In this document: positions 54,534 through 56,929 of the stretch, one piece after another
Numbering within the stretch: position 1 is the stretch's first letter
How the letters are laid out: each line of letters starts with the position of its first letter
NCBI GenBank assembly: GCA_016939375.1
Contig: JAFGHF010000042.1
Span: 1-56,929 of the forward strand
Reading direction: 5' to 3'
Length of the DNA: 56,929 nt
Origin: Candidatus Omnitrophota bacterium
GTDB taxonomy: Bacteria > Omnitrophota > Gorgyraeia > JAFGHF01
Notes under the pieces: generated by a model
Told to the model about the DNA's origin: nothing
Seen by the model: only the letters and a program-made list of their open reading frames with translations
The model's database searches: none
Program-made: the position numbers and the translations under genes

Positions 54534-55358
54534 ATGGAATCTCTCAAAGCATATCTAACAGACATAAAAAAAGTACCTCTACTAAGCGCAGAAGAAGAAC
54601 AAGAACTGGCTCATAAGATCAAAGAAGGCGATGTAGAGGCGCGCATGAAGATGATTAAATCAAATTTGAGGCTAGTGGTAAACATCGCCAAGAAGTATTC
54701 CCGCTTTGGAGTGCCGCTTACTGATCTAATAGAAGAAGGAAACTTAGGGCTGATGAAAGCCGTAAGCATGTACAATCCCCAGCAACGTTTTAGGTTTTCC
54801 ACATATGCGGCCTATTGGATCAGGCAATATATAACCCGAGCCCTGGCCAATCAGGCCAAGACAGTAAGAGTGCCTGTATATATGGTGGAGGCTATTGGTA
54901 AATGGAAAAGGGTTGTTGAACGCCTTACGCAGAAATTGGGACGCAGGCCGCGACTTAAAGAAGTAGCCAAAGAAATGAAGACTACGATGAAAAAGATAAG
55001 GCAAATACGCGGCATGATAACCAGGACCTCTTCCCTGGAAGCCCCGATAGGAAAAGACGGCACGGGGCAGTTTGTCGATTTGATACCTGATGAATCGAGC
55101 GCATCAGCCGTGGATGAAATCGCCCAGGCCTTAAGGCAAGAAAGGGTAGGGGAGCTTCTGGAAAAGATGAGCAAGAGGGAAAAAGAAGTGCTCTCTTTAA
55201 GATACGGCTTAAAAGACGGTACGACACACACTCTCAACGATATCGCAAAAACATTCGGCATAACCCGCGAGCGGGTCAGACAAATCGAAAACGCGGCGAT
55301 GAACAAACTAAGGACATATATCCGTTCTAAAGAAAAAGAAGACTTTGGACACTACTGA
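54534..55358 (+). CDS. sigma-70 family RNA polymerase sigma factor (compact RpoD/RpoS-like; regions 1.2-4 present)
   Basis: YLTDIKKVPLLSAEEE (region 1.2), DLIEEGNLGLMKAV, FSTYAAYWIRQYITRAL (2.3/2.4) and GITRERVRQIENAAMNKL (4.2). Confidence 0.85.
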   Translation: MESLKAYLTDIKKVPLLSAEEEQELAHKIKEGDVEARMKMIKSNLRLVVNIAKKYSRFGVPLTDLIEEGNLGLMKAVSMYNPQQRFRFSTYAAYWIRQYITRALANQAKTVRVPVYMVEAIGKWKRVVERLTQKLGRRPRLKEVAKEMKTTMKKIRQIRGMITRTSSLEAPIGKDGTGQFVDLIPDESSASAVDEIAQALRQERVGELLEKMSKREKEVLSLRYGLKDGTTHTLNDIAKTFGITRERVRQIENAAMNKLRTYIRSKEKEDFGHY

Positions 55359-55888
55359 TGGATAAAAAAACTATTGAGGAACTAAAAGATTGCATCCGCA
55401 ACATCCCTGATTTTCCCAAAAAAGGAATTCTTTTCCGGGACATCACCACGCTGTTGGCAAACGGCAAAAGATTTAAACAGGCCGTAGAAATGCTCGCGGA
55501 AAAATACCGGGACAAAACTGTTACTAAAGTCGCGGCAATAGAAGCAAGGGGATTCATCTTTGGGGGAGTAATCGCCTATAACTTAAACGCCGGCTTTGTC
55601 CCGATCAGAAAAAAAGGCAAACTCCCCGCTGAAGTCTATGAAGTGACATATGATTTAGAATATGGAAGCGACACTTTGCAGATCCATCGCGACGCACTCA
55701 CACCAGAAGATAAAGTGCTTTTGGTCGATGACCTCCTGGCCACAGGCGGTACAGCATTAGCCACCGCCAGGCTAATAGAAAAATCCCAAGCCAAAATCGT
55801 GGGCATAGAATTTCTTATTGAGCTGAGCGACTTACAAGGCCTAACAAAACTAAAAGATTACCCGGTTCATTCAATAATAAGGTTTTAA
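55358..55888 (+). CDS. apt: adenine phosphoribosyltransferase
   Basis: FPKKGILFRDIT and PRPP motif VLLVDDLLATGGT. Confidence 0.92.
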   Translation: MDKKTIEELKDCIRNIPDFPKKGILFRDITTLLANGKRFKQAVEMLAEKYRDKTVTKVAAIEARGFIFGGVIAYNLNAGFVPIRKKGKLPAEVYEVTYDLEYGSDTLQIHRDALTPEDKVLLVDDLLATGGTALATARLIEKSQAKIVGIEFLIELSDLQGLTKLKDYPVHSIIRF

Positions 55889-55909
55889 ACCCGCGGGCTT
55901 CCATAAACT

Positions 55910-55930
55910 ATAGACAATAGACCATAGACA
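55910..55930 (+). repeat. 7-bp tandem repeat ATAGACM x3 (reverse complement of the TGTCTAT unit at 25551)
   Basis: ATAGACA ATAGACC ATAGACA. Ends 7 nt before tRNA-Arg. Confidence 0.8.
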
Positions 55931-55937
55931 CAAAAAA

Positions 55938-56014
55938 GCCCCTGTAGCTCAGATGGATAGAGCGAGAGCGTCCTAAGCTCTGCGCCGGGGGTTCGACTCC
56001 TCCCAGGGGCGCCA
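55938..56014 (+). tRNA. tRNA-Arg (anticodon CCT), CCA encoded
   Basis: Manual cloverleaf: acceptor GCCCCTG/CAGGGGC, D arm GCTC-AGATGGATA-GAGC, anticodon stem AGAGC/GCTCT with loop GTCCTAA, T arm GGGGG-TTCGACT-CCTCC. 77 nt. Confidence 0.9.
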
Positions 56015-56018
56015 TTGT

Positions 56019-56095
56019 AATTCAAAATTCAAAATTCAAAATTCAAAAGTCAAAATTGAAAATTCAGGGTTCAAAATGGAAGATTGAAAATGCAA
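56019..56095 (+). repeat. 7-bp tandem repeat AATTCAA x11 (first four copies perfect, then degenerating)
   Basis: AATTCAA x4, then AAGTCAA, AATTGAA, AATTCAG, GGTTCAA, AATGGAA, GATTGAA, AATGCAA. Starts 5 nt after the tRNA-Arg CCA. Confidence 0.9.
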
Positions 56096-56174
56096 AATAG
56101 GGGGAAACTTAGTCAAATTGTTTAAAAAGTCTAAAAACGTAGGTAAGTATAGGTAAGTAAAAATAAAATAATAC

Positions 56175-56203
56175 TTGACAAGTATATATCCATATGGTAT
56201 ACT
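56175..56203 (+). promoter_or_regulatory. consensus-like sigma-70 promoter (TTGACA-17 nt-TATACT with TGn extension)
   Basis: -35 at 56175-56180, spacer ending in TGG, -10 at 56198-56203. Followed by a leader of about 225 nt before the next CDS. Confidence 0.6.
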
Positions 56204-56435
56204 CAGACACAATCAACTAATCTGGGGTCTCTATTTTCCTTATAATACAATTTAATATTTACTGAATATACCACCATAGATGACTTAAATATTGGCAAGG
56301 AAGGAGGGGGAAGCAATTACCGTAGCTTAAGTTATCGCCACATGGTGATATATTATATAAAGTTGTAAATCTCTAGGAATGAAACCTAGTTAGCAATACT
56401 GTGAAGTAAACAGCTTGTTTAAGGAGGAAAATTAA

Positions 56436-56929
56436 ATGAATAAAAGAATCGCCGTACTTTGCGCTTTGATAGGCGCGGTTGCTTTAATAGCGGCCCCGGC
56501 CTATGCCGAAGTGCAAAATATCAAGATATCTGGCGATATTACGGCAATGGCCCTTTATCGGGAAAACTACGACTTATTGGATTCAAGAATGGCTGCTATT
56601 GATGATCAAGTAACTGTGATCAACCGATACGTAGCAGACGATGCAGACAGTGAGTTCGTAAGCGTAGTCAGACTAAGGGTAGATGCCGATTTGACCGATA
56701 ACGTAGGCGCGACCGTTGCTCTAGCCAACTTAAGAGAATGGGACCAGGACAGAAATATGGATACAAACGCTGCCACTGGAGCACCATTCAACCTTGGTTT
56801 AGTAGCTGCAAGCGAAACAAATCAAGATGATGCAAGCATCGTTCTTGATCTGGCCTACATCACTTTAAAGGAGATGCTTTATTCTCCTTTGACATTGGTC
56901 ATTGGTCGCCAGAATTTAGCTTATGGCCG
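56436..56929 (+). CDS. secreted, probably outer-membrane beta-barrel (porin/alginate-export-like) protein; 3'-truncated by the window edge; not in the ORF track
   Basis: AAGGAGG sits 8 nt upstream of the ATG at 56436. Signal peptide MNKRIAVLCALIGAVALIAAPAYA/EV. Alternating amphipathic strands. ...LDLAYITLKE...LVIGRQNLAYG resembles beta-barrel N-terminal strands. The frame stays open to the window end. Confidence 0.6.
   Translation, partial: MNKRIAVLCALIGAVALIAAPAYAEVQNIKISGDITAMALYRENYDLLDSRMAAIDDQVTVINRYVADDADSEFVSVVRLRVDADLTDNVGATVALANLREWDQDRNMDTNAATGAPFNLGLVAASETNQDDASIVLDLAYITLKEMLYSPLTLVIGRQNLAYG

Noticed and set aside
55889-55900. CCCGCGGG palindrome right after the apt stop as a terminator
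   Set aside because: It is a self-complementary 8-mer with no loop and no T-run, so it cannot form a meaningful hairpin.
56019-56095. CRISPR array or minisatellite-encoded peptide as an explanation for the repeat arrays
   Set aside because: The units are 7 bp, directly abutting with no spacers, so this is not CRISPR. The arrays at 56019, 55910 and 49515 are intergenic, and the 7-bp period cannot encode a peptide repeat.

Overview
This is a densely packed 56.9-kb bacterial chromosomal window. Most intergenic gaps are under 150 nt, and many gene pairs share ATGA or TAATG start/stop overlaps. Nearly all genes are on the + strand; only three supported CDSs are on the - strand: a beta-CASP RNase and an ExeA/GspB-like pair.

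Gene content is mostly housekeeping for a diderm, probably anaerobic organism.
- Envelope: LpxL-like acyltransferase, GmhA/HldC heptose genes, TonB, a BamE-like lipoprotein, LysM/M23 and SPOR proteins, and a porin-like protein at the 3' edge.
- Central metabolism: PPi-type phosphofructokinase, pyruvate phosphate dikinase, accBC, aroQ/aroB and a thiE-thiC cluster.
- Translation: rpsU, efp, hisS, aspS, glyQS, tRNA-Gly(CCC) and tRNA-Arg(CCT).
- Replication and repair: dnaE, recO and rmuC-like.
- Nucleotide signalling: HD-GYP and PgpH.
- Other: a compact sigma-70 family factor.

A small basic protein typical of PVC-group bacteria, together with the overall gene mix, suggests an uncultured PVC/Omnitrophota-like lineage. 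That assignment is a guess.

I saw no transposase, integrase, CRISPR array or rRNA.

The most unusual signals are:
1. A family of 7-bp tandem repeat arrays. Two bracket tRNA-Arg, one lies inside a lipoprotein signal peptide, and one lies at the DUF502/recO junction.
2. A tight cassette of an ATPase-wHTH-nuclease-like protein, an MJ0936 phosphoesterase and a dGTPase-like HD hydrolase.
3. A ThiE gene that has no proper start codon and appears to be split from its N-terminal domain by an A7 homopolymer frameshift.
4. A bacterial-type AspRS that precisely lacks the GAD insertion domain.
5. A DgkA-PAP2 fusion.
6. Related long palindromic intergenic elements.

All functional calls come from motif recognition by eye. 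No database search was run.
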